NCBI GenBank assembly: GCA_051294905.1
Contig: CM119371.1
Coordinates: 22,074,001-22,138,000, forward strand
DNA length: 64,000 nt
Source: Botryllus schlosseri
Lineage: Eukaryota
Reading direction: 5' to 3'
Both the position numbers and the translations under genes were made by a program. Below, piece after piece: positions 51,393 to 63,943 of the stretch (the first letter of the stretch is position 1; the number at the start of each line of letters is the position of its first letter). The notes below the pieces were generated by a model that made no database searches, was not told the DNA's origin, and saw only the letters and a program-made list of their open reading frames with translations.

Positions 51393-52427
51393 CTACCGTA
51401 ATTTTCCAAGTATAGTACGCCCACATGTATAATACGTACCCCTAAAATAGCATGCAAATTCTGGGAAAAAGCCTGTACCCATACATAGTACACACCTGCA
51501 TTTCAGTACATGAATAGTTATAATTTCGTATACGATGTCATTCTGTTTTGCGACGTCTCTCTTGAACAAATGAACAGTCATGACACAACGATCGCTAACC
51601 ATTATACAATTGTCTTTAAACGATAGTAGGTAGCAGCCAAAGCCTGCGAGGCGGGTGGCACGATAGTTCATGCTACCGACACGGCATCTTGAGCACGAGG
51701 AGACCTTTCACAGATGCGATTGCTAATCATAATACAATTACCAGTATTGTCGCTAAACGATAGTAGATAGTAGTCAAAGCCTGCGAGGCCGGCGGCGAGT
51801 TAGTTTAGGCCAACGAACCGACAATCCGACATCTTGCGCACGATGCCTATTAAAGATGCGATTGCGCCTTGGGTAATGGTTATTTCATGCGCAACAGGTC
51901 TGTTGGAGATGCAACTGATTACGCAAGCGATTATATTTTGCGCACATGGCATGTCGTTGAAGCGATGAATTATCAGGATTGCACCTTGACAATGTCAAAA
52001 ATGTTACCTGCTCTGTAATAAAAGTTTGCTCGACATATTCAGCTTTCTGTTTGTGGGTGCTGTGCGCTTGATCCGCAATCATGCAACATCAAGATTGAAA
52101 TACATGCTGGTATCAGCGAATGATGCTTATTCAACCAATCAATTAAACTGATATCGTTGTCTGATGTTGAAAATCTCACAAGCGTACGGGATCCATCTCG
52201 ATTTCATATGCTTATTGTATCATAAAAAACAAATCCGTGCGATTCGGGTGTTGGCTACTGTTGTATAACATCAGAGATGACGCGCGAACTTGCGTAGCAT
52301 ATGTCGTCACTCACATGGGGCATGGTGCGGTGAATTACATCAATGCAGCTGTGAGCGCCGACTTTTATTTTTGCGTGGGGTGGCGGCAGGTGCATCGCCA
52401 GGAGATGTCAGAAACCCCTCCTTTTAA

Positions 52428-54085
52428 GGGGGCGCACCTCTTTAAAAATGATTTTTTTAGGTGTTCACGTTTGTAGTCATAAATTCGTAAAGGTAGATGC
52501 GAGCCCCATGATTAATGCATTGCTGGAAAGGGCAGGAAATTTCCTTTCCAAATATGGTCTTTATGTTGTACCATGAGCATGTACCCCACCGGTACACTTA
52601 CTCACAAAAACATGAAAATATTGAACACGCGTATTAAAAATCCTAAAAACTCAAAAGTCTTTCAAGATTTTCCTTCAAATATTGCTGTAGTATTAGTACA
52701 TATATATATCTACAAAACAATTGAGGGATTTTCAAAAATAGGTTTTCTAACAAAATTTATGATATTTTTTGTCAGCGAACCCTAAATTTTCATTTTTTCA
52801 AAATTCTTTCCTCTGTAAAAATTTTTCTGGACAAAATTTTTAGAAAACGCTCAATTATTTTATTATACATACCCTAACCATCATTTGTGCAAAATTTCAG
52901 ATGAATCGAACAAGCAGGTGCCAAGCAGATACAATTTTTGTGCAGAAAAAGTGTATTTTGAGAAAATCGCGTTTGAAAAAATAAAACCACTATAACTTCG
53001 AAAAACAAGGATATGAACACTGATCATGACATCAATGGCCACATTAGTTGATTTGCATCACACATTGAACCATATATAACACAACCTGAGCATTAATAGC
53101 CGCCAGGCACATAGTCTGATGTGTCTTAGGACTCTTGAACTCTTTCAATTTTTCACAGCGAAAGAGCGTCGAGATGCAGTCTTTCTTTTTTGTCCTTCAA
53201 ACCAGCTTGATTTTTTTGAAGGTGTTCACTGGCAAGTTTAGGCTTTCAAGAACACTCAAGTATCCACTACATCCAATATTCCAGTTCAGTACGGACGTAG
53301 CTACAGCACGTTTTACTGCCATAGTTCATAAGTACCTTTTCTTCAGGTACCTTGTCCCTATGGTCACGACGAATGACTCATTTTGGGTTTTGGTGAATCC
53401 ATCAATGCATCTTTCCATTTCAAAGATTCTTCTAAAACTCTAAATTTCCTTGATCGACTCATTCTAGGCAAATTGATAGCTAGAAATGAAAACCAATCCA
53501 AGACAGTTATCCAGATACAATAAATATTACCCAATATTGTCAGTCAGCAGTCAATGAATAAAAACAGATGAAATAGGAAAACACACAACCTCCATCTCGA
53601 CCATTTCCTTGGTACTGAATCAATGAAGCAGCCAAGTATATGAAAGCAGACATGCTAGAACACTTATTTATAAACATACAATAAATACTAGCCAATATGG
53701 TCAGTTATCAGTCAACAAATCAAAAAATGAATGAAATAAAAACAGCCTCACCTCGCCTGTTTACTGAATCTGTGAAGCAGCCAAGTTTATGAAGGCAGAC
53801 TGGCTAGAACACTCATTTCAAGCTCTACAGCAGAGATTTCGCCAGGTGGCGCTATTTCCACCAGCAGAGGCGAATGTTGGATTAGAATGAACACGACTGC
53901 AGCAAAAATTGGGCTGTAATTCTTTTTTTCTATAAGATGGTCCCCAAAAGAAACTAGTTTTGGATAAGAAGGAGTTGTAATATCATAAAAATAAGGACAT
54001 ATTTGAAAAGAGCGTGAAATTTCCGTTCTAGATCGATGAAGAAAAAGAAAACACAAAAAAATTATTTCTAAAGAGGTGTGCCCCC
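52428..54085 (-). mobile_element. Kolobok-like non-autonomous element (1658 bp)
   Basis: TTAA TSDs and GG..CC termini with TIR GGGGGC(G/A)CACCTCTTTA. A decayed peptide MERCIDGFTKTQNESF...AVATSVLNWNIG (about 53270-53418) resembles the RCxxGxTQNxNES C-terminal motif of such transposases. Confidence 0.65.
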
Positions 54086-54847
54086 TTAAAACGCTAAACC
54101 CGTCCTTTTGAAACAACCAATATGACGCTAATATTCAGTTGCAATACAAGAAGTCGTATCAACAATGTTACGTGGGGCCGCGACCAATAAGCGAAATTCG
54201 TCACGCATATCGCATAGCACAATTAACGCGGGACGATCTCCTGCTGAGATGATTGCGGGATTAGGTCATTGATTGCCGCAGGCTCGGCATTCGTCACTGG
54301 ACTGTAACACGACAATTCTGGGACAGGAAAGACAGACAAGAATGAAATATTATATTCATATTGAAATAAACCCGAATATTTTCGGGTGACACTCATCTGG
54401 GGCAATCCTCAGCAACTAGTACAGAATTGGAAAGAACATTGTATATCAACAAGAATTATGATTACAAAGGTGCGCGGCCAATCAGTACCCATAAGGCCAA
54501 CACAATCAGTACCCATAAGGCCAACACAATCGGTTTTACTTAGTATTGAGTAGCAAGCCTCGCGACAATTCGTTGCTGATTAAAAAATCGATTTTGAATG
54601 CATTGCTTTATTTCCCGATTTACGTTCACTAAGCATAATTGGATTAATATTATGGGCACTGGAATCGATTCCAACTAACAGGCACACCCAGCCACCTCGT
54701 AATTCGGCACCTATTATTGCAATACAAAATTCTGCGGCATAAACTAAGGCTTTTGAAACACAACCGTCACGAATCAAACCATAGGCTTAAATCCCTGGTT
54801 TGCTCAATAGATTTCAACGCGAAACAGAATGAAAATGGTATGTGCAG

Positions 54848-55219
54848 TAGGGCTGTTCAAAAAAAACTTTTTTTTCCAAATCTCACTCGCCTTGTGACTA
54901 AATCGTCAGGTTGTCCAAGAAAACGATGTACACCAAATTTGATTCAATTCCAACCAGTCAAGGCCGTGCAATCTTGAATAAAAATTTTTAATTTATTATT
55001 AAAAATGAAAAAATAAAAATTCTCAAATTTTACTGTCAACCCCATGAAATTGTTGAGCTGTCTTCAAAGACGATGCAAAACAAATTTGAGTCAATTCCGA
55101 CTTGTAGAAGCGGAGTTATTAGCGTTTTTCGTTGTCGTTGATAATTGTCGGATTATCTTTGATCCGGGGATTATCAACGAAAAACTCAAATAGTTCCGCT
55201 TCTACTAGTCGGAATTGAC
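54848..55219. mobile_element. TAG-ended palindromic MITE with truncated right arm
   Basis: Starts TAGGGCTGTTC. The inverted repeat 55090-55135/55175-55219 marks the centre. The right arm is cut at the ZNF junction. Confidence 0.55.
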
Positions 55220-56694
55220 GCATCCCGCATTCATAGTTTTTGAACCCAGTATGTGTATTTCCATGTCTTTTCAAGTTACCAAGGTGATCAAAACTCTTTC
55301 CGCAAATCTGACATGCATAGTTTTTTACTCCAAGATGTGTATTCGAATGCATTTTTAGGCTATGAAGCTGGGAAAACACTTTTCCGCAGATCTGACATGC
55401 ATAGTTTTTGATTCCAATATGTGTATATCCATGTGATTTCAAGTGACCAAGCTGGCTAAACGCTTTTCCGCAGATGTGACATGCATATTGTTTGACTCCG
55501 GTATGTATATGTCCATGTGTTTTCAAGGCACAAAGCTGGGTAAACGCTTTACCACAGATCAGACATTCATAGTTTCTGACTCCAGTATGGGTTTTCCCGT
55601 GTTCTTTCAAGTTACTGAGAAAACTAAACGCTTTTCCACATATATCACATTCATAGTTTTTGACTGCAGCATGTATATTTCCGTGTGTTTTCAAATCGCC
55701 GAGCCGCGCAAACAATTTCTGACAGATCTGACACTCATAATTTTTTACTCCAGTATGTGTATTTCCATGTGTTTACAAGTGACCAAGCTGGCTAAACGCT
55801 TTTCCGCAGATCTGACATATATATTGTTTGACTCCGGTATGTATATGTCCATGTGTCTTCAAGTGACCAAGCATGGCAAAGGCTTTTCCACAGATCTGAC
55901 ACTCATAGTTTTTGAATCCAGTGTGTGTCTTTCCGTGTTTTTGCATGACATCATGCCGGTTAAATGCTTTTCCGCAGATCTGACATGCATAGTTTTTGAC
56001 TCCAGTATGTGTTTGTGTATGTATATTTCCGTGTGTTTTTAAACTGTCGAGGCGAGCAAACAATTTACCACAGATCCGACACTCATAGTTTTTGACTCCG
56101 GTATGTGTAGTTCCATGTCTTTTCAAGTAACCAAGCTGGCTATAGGTTTCTCCGCAGATCTGACATACATATTGTTCGTCTCTGGTATGTGTATGTCCAT
56201 GCGTTTTCAAGTCACCAAGACGGATTAACGCTTTTCCACAGATCTGACACTCATAGTTTGTGACTCCTGTATGTGTATTTCCATCTTCTTTCAAGTGAGC
56301 AAGCAGGGTAAACGCTCTGGTGCAGTTCTGACACTCATAGTTTCTGACTCCAGTATGTATATTTCCATGTGTGTTTCAGGTCGTCGAGCCGCACGTACGA
56401 TGTTCCACAGATCTGACAGTCATTGTTTTTTACTCCAATGTGAGCAGTATGTGTATCCGCACGTCTTTTGGAGTGAACGACAAGATTATCCCCTTTGCTA
56501 ATGACTTTGCATTCATTATTTTTCAAACCAGTGTGTGATAATATATGTTTTTTTAGTGTAGAGATTGCAGCAAAGGCTTTTCCACATATCTCACATTCGG
56601 TATTTTTATTTTTGAGGTGGAATCGCAGATGAGTTTTCAATCCGTCATGACGATGGAAGCTCTTTTCACAGATCGAGCACATCTTCTTTGACAT
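55220..56694 (-). pseudogene. Type-A ZNF pseudogene, paralogue of 30432-32126
   Basis: ORFs 56335..56694, 55773..56294 and 55119..55715. There is a frameshift near 56370, a stop at 55773, one deleted finger and 3' truncation. Confidence 0.88.
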
Positions 56695-59591
56695 TCTTAT
56701 GGATTATCTGTTATTTACTTTACTTCTTCAAGCGTCACATTTCAACTGCTCTCTGCTTGAAAATGAGTAATCAATGATCGCTTGAAATGAGCTAGTATAT
56801 AGTATTCGAATTCTTATATTAGTGCAACTTAGTCTGAAATACAGAAGGAATTAGCAACAATGAGGCAGTTTGATAAATAAAAATATAAACAAATCCTATG
56901 ATAACTAGATGTGCAACACGTGATTCACGGTTGAATACGCCGAGATGCATACTGCTTAGCCGTCTAACAGCAGCGCAATTGGTAGTCCTATAGTCAGGGC
57001 CGTAACTGCCGCACCCCAAACCCCCCAATTGAGGGAGGCCGAGATCGAAGGGGGCCCAAAATTATTTCGTGAATTAGAATAAATTATAGAGTATTTTTTG
57101 AAAATTTATGCAACTTTTTAAAAAAAATTTCGGTTCGCCACATATCTTGATTATTGGGTACTCTTCCCCAAGAAAAAATACCCAAGATTTATAGAAATGG
57201 GCATATCAGCGTTGGCCATGATCGCACCACAACGCACCAAGACATATAAAGTTTTAGGCCATGTAACACGTGACTCCAAGAAGTATGTCAGAACGATTAG
57301 CAGCGAGAAAGGCCTGGCCGTAAAGGACTGCTTTTATGCTGACCAAAAACCTTGAAATACCAAAACTTCGTTATATATACAAAATACATATAGGCGCCTA
57401 AATGTTCTTGTCTTGGCAATCTGAACCTCACAAGACAAATACCATCCCGCAGGAAAGAAAATTATACCTTATTTACCGATTTTATCATGAATTATCGAAA
57501 TATTCGCGCCCCGCGCTGTCTCACTAAAAATACAACTTTAATTTCGTCGCAAAAGCGAACAACGTGATGCGGGGTCAGGTTATCATACTATGGGAGCCCG
57601 GGGTCTTGACGAAGTGCTGTTACGTTCCTGCCAACGGGTATACCCCCAGAGATGCTTAATTACTATTGAGGGGGCCCATACCTTTTCAAACACACCTCAC
57701 TCAGCTCTACCGGTAAATCAGAATACGTGAACAGAGAAAGGATGAAAATTGATAGTAATACATGCAATTCTCGACCATATTGACCGATTCAGTCATGAAA
57801 CTAAAGAAATTTCTCTTGCTTCACGCGTTACGGCGAGTAAACCTTATTCACTCAACGAACACCCAATGTAGCAGATAAGTAGCGGTAAAACAGTATACAA
57901 TTTTGAAATCTCGCCAGGGCAATAAAACTACTCCGAAATAGCCATTATGATTGTTTGGGTCCGTTTCATAGCCGCAGTATTAGTGCGGCCCCGACCGTAC
58001 TCTGAAATCCTAAACTTGGCCCTCACAACGAAAAAGTTTGGGAACCACTGGTATAGAGGCAATATCGTTACTTGTATTATGATTAGCATTCGCATCTGTA
58101 ATAGGCCTCGTGCGCAAGACGTCGCGTCGCCGGCCTCGCAGGCTTTGACTGCTCTGTCCTATCATTTAGAGACAATGCCGTTGATTGCATCATGATTAGC
58201 GATGGTTATGTCATGATTGTTCGACAGTGACATCGCAAAACAGAACAACATCGCGTACTAAAACACAGCTATTCATGTATTGTGAATGCAGGGTGGGTAC
58301 TATACATGGGTACAGGCTTTTTCCCAGAATTTGCATGCCATTTTAAGGGTGCGTATGATACATGGGGGCGTACTATAGTTGTAAAATTCGGTTGTTATTT
58401 CTATATTGCAGCTCATATTTAAGTTATTCTGGAATGGCAGTTATGTATATCATAGGAGAAAATGGATTTTTTGCAAGGGAATTTATTCCGAAACCCTAAC
58501 AAAACATCTCTAAACAGCAGTATAATTGTATCAGTAGACTATTGGCAATTAAAATGAGTTTACACAGTAGACATTTCATCTTTGTCTGCCATTGTTTATT
58601 GAAGTCCTCAAGTTTAAGCAATAATGAAGCTAAACTGCTTCGCGATTTCTTTAATTAAAAAATAGAGGGAAGGTTATCAAACATTTTTCAAATTTGCAGG
58701 TTTCGCGGATCTCTTGAAATTGCTTCGAGGATCTCCGGTTGAAAACCATTGGTTTACGACCACGACACGAATCTGAGTGGCATTGCCATCTCGCGATGGA
58801 AAGAAAAGGCACAGGCATCAATCCATCAAAGATGCATATGCATGACGATAACTTGATATTGTTACCGCCTACTTCACAAATCAAACATGGATCCTCTTCA
58901 GGTCGTCTTTGTATAGATGCTGAATTGAGAGATACTACCAGCCAAAGGCTGGCAGACCACAATATCAGATTATAAGGAGCTTCCAACTGTAATTCTATTG
59001 TATGCATATTTTATTTTTCTTCAAAATATTCTCCGCACTTCCCCCGTATAGTCCGTAGTCTGCCCTACGTTAATCTACAAGCATTCGGGGAGCCCTTGAT
59101 TTTCAGTGAGTCACAAAACAAAAGTCTACCACATGTATTGTAATCTGTAGGACTACCAGTAAAGCTACTCAGGCATAAGGCTATACTTGTACATTGTACA
59201 AACTACCCATTTAGTTTGTTGATGGTCAACTAACTATAATTCTATGATTTAGCAGTAATCTGAACGAGACGGGATCTCATGAAGGAGAGGAAATGTTGAC
59301 CAGCTGCATGAAATGGATGGTAGAAACAAACACATATTCACAAAGACTACAACTTGAAACGAAATTGAAACTGATATGTGCACAGGGGCGTATCCAACCG
59401 AAAAACAGGGGGGCATCTTTAGAAAAGAGGGTGTTTTAAAAGGAGAGGATGTTCCTAGTTCTAACCGATTGATCAGGTTAGATGTACGCACAAATGCAGA
59501 TATTACAACGCTCAGATAATCTTACTCGTGTTTGTGACTTCTTCATTCGCATATACAAAACTACGTACAATTAAATACAACAAACCATTAA

Positions 59592-61011
59592 CCCTTTCGC
59601 CGCGGGTGGATCCTAGAGGATCCATGCACAGTTTTTCACAAACACGCTTCGATCAATTAACGACATCTTGCGTTGTAGGGGTCATAAACGGTCACAATGA
59701 TCGTCTATAAATAGCGATTGTCGATACGCATACGACCAGCTATATATAACCCATTGCCTTATGGCATAACCTGTTCAAATTGCAGATTGAATGCAGAAAA
59801 ACGTTTACCGCAAAATGCAATGTGTAGCTCAGTTCGCCTGAATGAACGCTAATCTTATAATCCCTTATATCTTCCGTTCTACACGTCGTAAGCAGACACA
59901 GTTGTCGTTTTAGAGTAGTTGTTGATCGCAAGAGTTCATTGCAACCATAATATCGGGAATTAGTTGGATAGAACACGCTTCAAATTGATGTGGAATAAAG
60001 CAATATTCTGTTACGTGAATAATGCCGCGCACGTATGACCATTGCCGCATAAGGCCATATACATTCACTTACGATTGTCTTATAGAGATGAATGTCACAC
60101 ACATAGTTAGATGCAGTCCATAACACTTCAACAAGATCAGTATCACGAAGGTTGGTCTTATATAAGTTACACGACGCCAGTGCTAAACACTGCAGACATG
60201 GGTGTGTAATTGGCACGAATGTGCGGTACTCGCGCCTGTAGTAACAACATCATACAGACCGTTGAATCATCCGTCTTATATGTTATATGAAATTACTGTA
60301 GACTTCAATGAATAGATGGTGATCATATGCCCATATACTGACGAACCTGTATCGGACATTCGATGTGTAGAACACGTTTCAAATTGATATGAAATGAAGC
60401 AAAAAGAGAAATCGCGCGCCTATGAGAAGTGTCAAACAAGGCAATATATATACTTCCGATGGCCTTGTGCAGTTGCAAATTGAACATTTTGTTAGTTATG
60501 TACAATCAATAGTATCTATAAGATCAGTAACATGGATTTGGACTTATATAACTGGACCACGCAAAGCCAAATAAACACGAATTACAACGCGCGTTGCCTC
60601 CGTCGCGATGACGTAATCAGCGGCGGCCGTGAGTAACGCTTATAACGAAAACTTCCATGTCGCGGTGCGCACGGTTGCGTAAAGATTTAAAACTCAGTAA
60701 TGTCTTGTTTGAATGCCGAAATTGATATGTAAGACAACCACGTGGTCATTCACTATGGGAAGGATTATGTATCACGTCACGTGAAAATGAAAAACAAATT
60801 TCTCTTTCACTTTTGAGAAATCGCGTAGACTGGTTTCAATATCATCGTCACCTCTCTCGCCCGAGCCTTCCGAGTAGCACAGTTGGTTAGGCTGCTATAT
60901 CCTGATCACGGCGATATATTGGGCGTCGGTTCAAGTCCCGCTGTTCGCGTTTTATGAACTTTTTGGTTGATGCATTATAATTTGGCCTGGAGGCCGGCCG
61001 CGGGAGTAGGG
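59592..61011 (+). mobile_element. piggyBac-like non-autonomous element (1420 bp) with a tRNA-like segment
   Basis: TTAA flanks, imperfect TIR CCCT....CCGCGG and an internal direct repeat of about 400 bp. A box TAGCACAGTTGG and B box GGTTCAAGTCC lie at about 60875-60939. Confidence 0.7.
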
Positions 61012-63211
61012 TTAAGCTAAGATAACAGCAGAAAGAGAGACACGGAGGTATCTAGAGCTTAATCACCAAAGCGAGGATGTTATTAAGAAAGTGCGTGCAG
61101 ATCATATTACAGCAAAGAGGGAGATCTCTCCATTTTGCGCCAAAATACTAACACTCAAACAGTGAAGATACGCAAATGAATTATAGTCTGTTGCTGTTTG
61201 ATACAGACAATTGTTCAGCCTGTTTTTGCACATGATCTGGATCAATTTTGTTTTAAATCAATATCTACTGTCTGCCAAGATGGTGTAGTATTTTTGGTGT
61301 GTGCAGATGGTAAAGACTAATTTACGCTCGAGCTTGTGCGATTGCATTACGTGAATAACAGCGGCCCGGTGCAGACTTAGGCTTGCAATCAAAATGCATT
61401 CCTAAATGCGTTTGCGCTGCAAAAGTGACAATTGCGAATTGTCCAGCCAATACTATAACTTCTCGTCGTTACAACATTACTGTTCGATTTTATGTAGCAC
61501 TATTACGTGCCACAAGTTCCAGAGCGGCCTAATTTTCCTAGCCTCCGATGTTTTTACTACTGGCCAAACGCGTTAAAACAGGACAATCAGCAGATGCGCC
61601 AGAGACCTGAGACACAAAAAAGACAGGAAATCTGAAAACCTACAAAACAATCGAACTAGATCATTGCAAATTTGATCAATACATGATAGATTCCATATCG
61701 GATTTGATTAGTATAATCTGTTTTGGTACAGTAGGGATCTGCTATCTCTAATGATACAAGCTTAGCACGCATGTTCTAAACATTTGTTGATAATAAATTG
61801 TCAAACCGAAAACCAACTCGCGTGGTATCGAAATTTCACGGCGTCTCATGCGAGTGTTATTGTAACTGGATAATAGCGTTCAGATAAGACGAGAGAGCCA
61901 TTTGACGATGCACTTTTTGGCCTTCCGTAGACGAGAGAACAATACAAGAAAAGAGCATCACTGCACTGCATGGTTTGCTCAATCGATGGCGTGATGATGC
62001 CGTTACGGCAATACAGGGATTATCGATTTAGAATAAGAAATATTAAATCAATGGAAATAGATGTAGGAAGGCGGATGCTCGAGCTTGGAAACGGGAGGGT
62101 AGCAGTCTGCTAATGAGAATACGGCAATGGATGATGTACCCCCAGCTTAAAATGTCCGTGTGATAAATTATAGCATTAGCTCATCACACTGTGCTACAAA
62201 AATTTGAGCATCCACATCAAACTGATCTGAACAACAGACCAAGCACTATTAGCATAATATATGTGTTTTATTTAGGGCATGGTATGGTATGGCATGAATG
62301 AGAAATATCCCTACTTCATACCTGACTGAATCATTCCATACCATAGCAACATTCTTCCATACTATATTTGATACTTTTTCCATACTTTCCAAGTTGCTCA
62401 ATACCTTTCAGATAACATTCTAGTATTGATGTGAGGAAATTTTGGCGCTTATATTCCGAAATACATATCATAAAGGATTGAAATTCGATCCGCGGTATGG
62501 TTGCGTTCGATAGAGTTCGTCCAGCAATGAAGTTTATTGGAACATATAAGGTTCCCGTTCGAACTAGTCGAATAAATTCAGAATTTCTGCCACTGAGAAT
62601 CAAGTGTTACATCAATATTTGACAACGTAATTCAACACTGTGCACTGCACAAAGCGTAGTATTGATAACAAATATGACACTGACAAGTGACACCGAGGGA
62701 ATACAATACGAGTGTGTAAAGATGAAAAGAATTAGTAGCCTACAGCTGACAGCAAACGAGAAAGCGCGCATCCAACATAATTTTCGCAGTATAGTACGTA
62801 TCCATGTATAATACGCACCCATACAGTACCTGCAAATTCTGGGTAAAAGCCTGAACCCATGTATAGTACGTACTGTGAATTCGCAGTACACAAATAGCTG
62901 TGTTATAGCATACGGTGTTGTTCTGTTTTGCGACATCACTGTTCATGTGTTCAACAATCATTACATAATGATCGTTAATCATTATGCAATTAACGGCATT
63001 GTCTTCAACAAAACGATAGTAGATAGCAGGTAAAGCCTGCGAGGCTGGCGACGCGATAGTTCAGGCCATCGACACGACATCTTGAGCACGAGGCCTATTA
63101 CAGATGCTATTGCTCAGGCCAACGGTTATGTCGTGCGCACCAGGTCTATTGGAGATGCGACTGATTACGCAAGCGATTATATCTTTCGCACATGGCATGT
63201 TGTATATGCGA

Positions 63212-63943
63212 CAGAGTTGGATCAATTACAATAATTCAGTTCAATTACAAATACAATTACAATTACTCAATGCTGAAAATTTCAAATTACAATTAGAATT
63301 ACTGTTAAACATGTAATTAATCACAATTACAATTAAAATTACTGTTAAACATGTAATTATTCACAATTACAATTAAAATTACTGCTGAACATGTAATTGA
63401 CTCGGTAGAGAGGTGTTCTTTGACAACCGTGGCGAAGTAATTAGCAACAATCTCAAGCTATTGATGTTTCATTCATGATACGTAGAATACCCTTTAATTA
63501 CAAAAACTCAAACGTATTCGAACTATTCCTAATCATGAGTACTGAAAACTACAACACAGAAAAATGTTTCAAGCGACTGTTAACAACCAAAAGTTTGAGA
63601 GACTAACAGCGAATAGGCTGCAGAACAGTTAATGAAATGCAATCAAACGATCAGGCTACTCAGACCTGAGTGAGGATAATAAAATGTAATTGGTAAGGCG
63701 TCATCGATCACGATGATACCGATAAGGTGTGTAAAATTGAAATAAATGCAAAAGGAAAGAAACTCCTGATAACTACGAGTTACAACATTTTGGTTCGCAT
63801 ATACATTTTCACTTGCTCGGAAACTGGTAGATTGCTTTTGATGAAGATTAGGGTGCGAAAAGTTCAATAACAATTACAATTACATGAAAAAATGTAATTC
63901 ATTACATTCAGCTCAATTACAAATTACAATTGATCCAACTCTG
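63212..63943. mobile_element. hAT MITE (732 bp) with AATTAC subterminal arrays
   Basis: TIR CAGAGTTGGATCAATT and perfect TSD ATATGCGA. Confidence 0.92.

Noticed and set aside
60867..60948. Possible tRNA gene
   Set aside because: A/B boxes are present but the acceptor, anticodon and T stems do not pair convincingly, and it lies inside a repeat.
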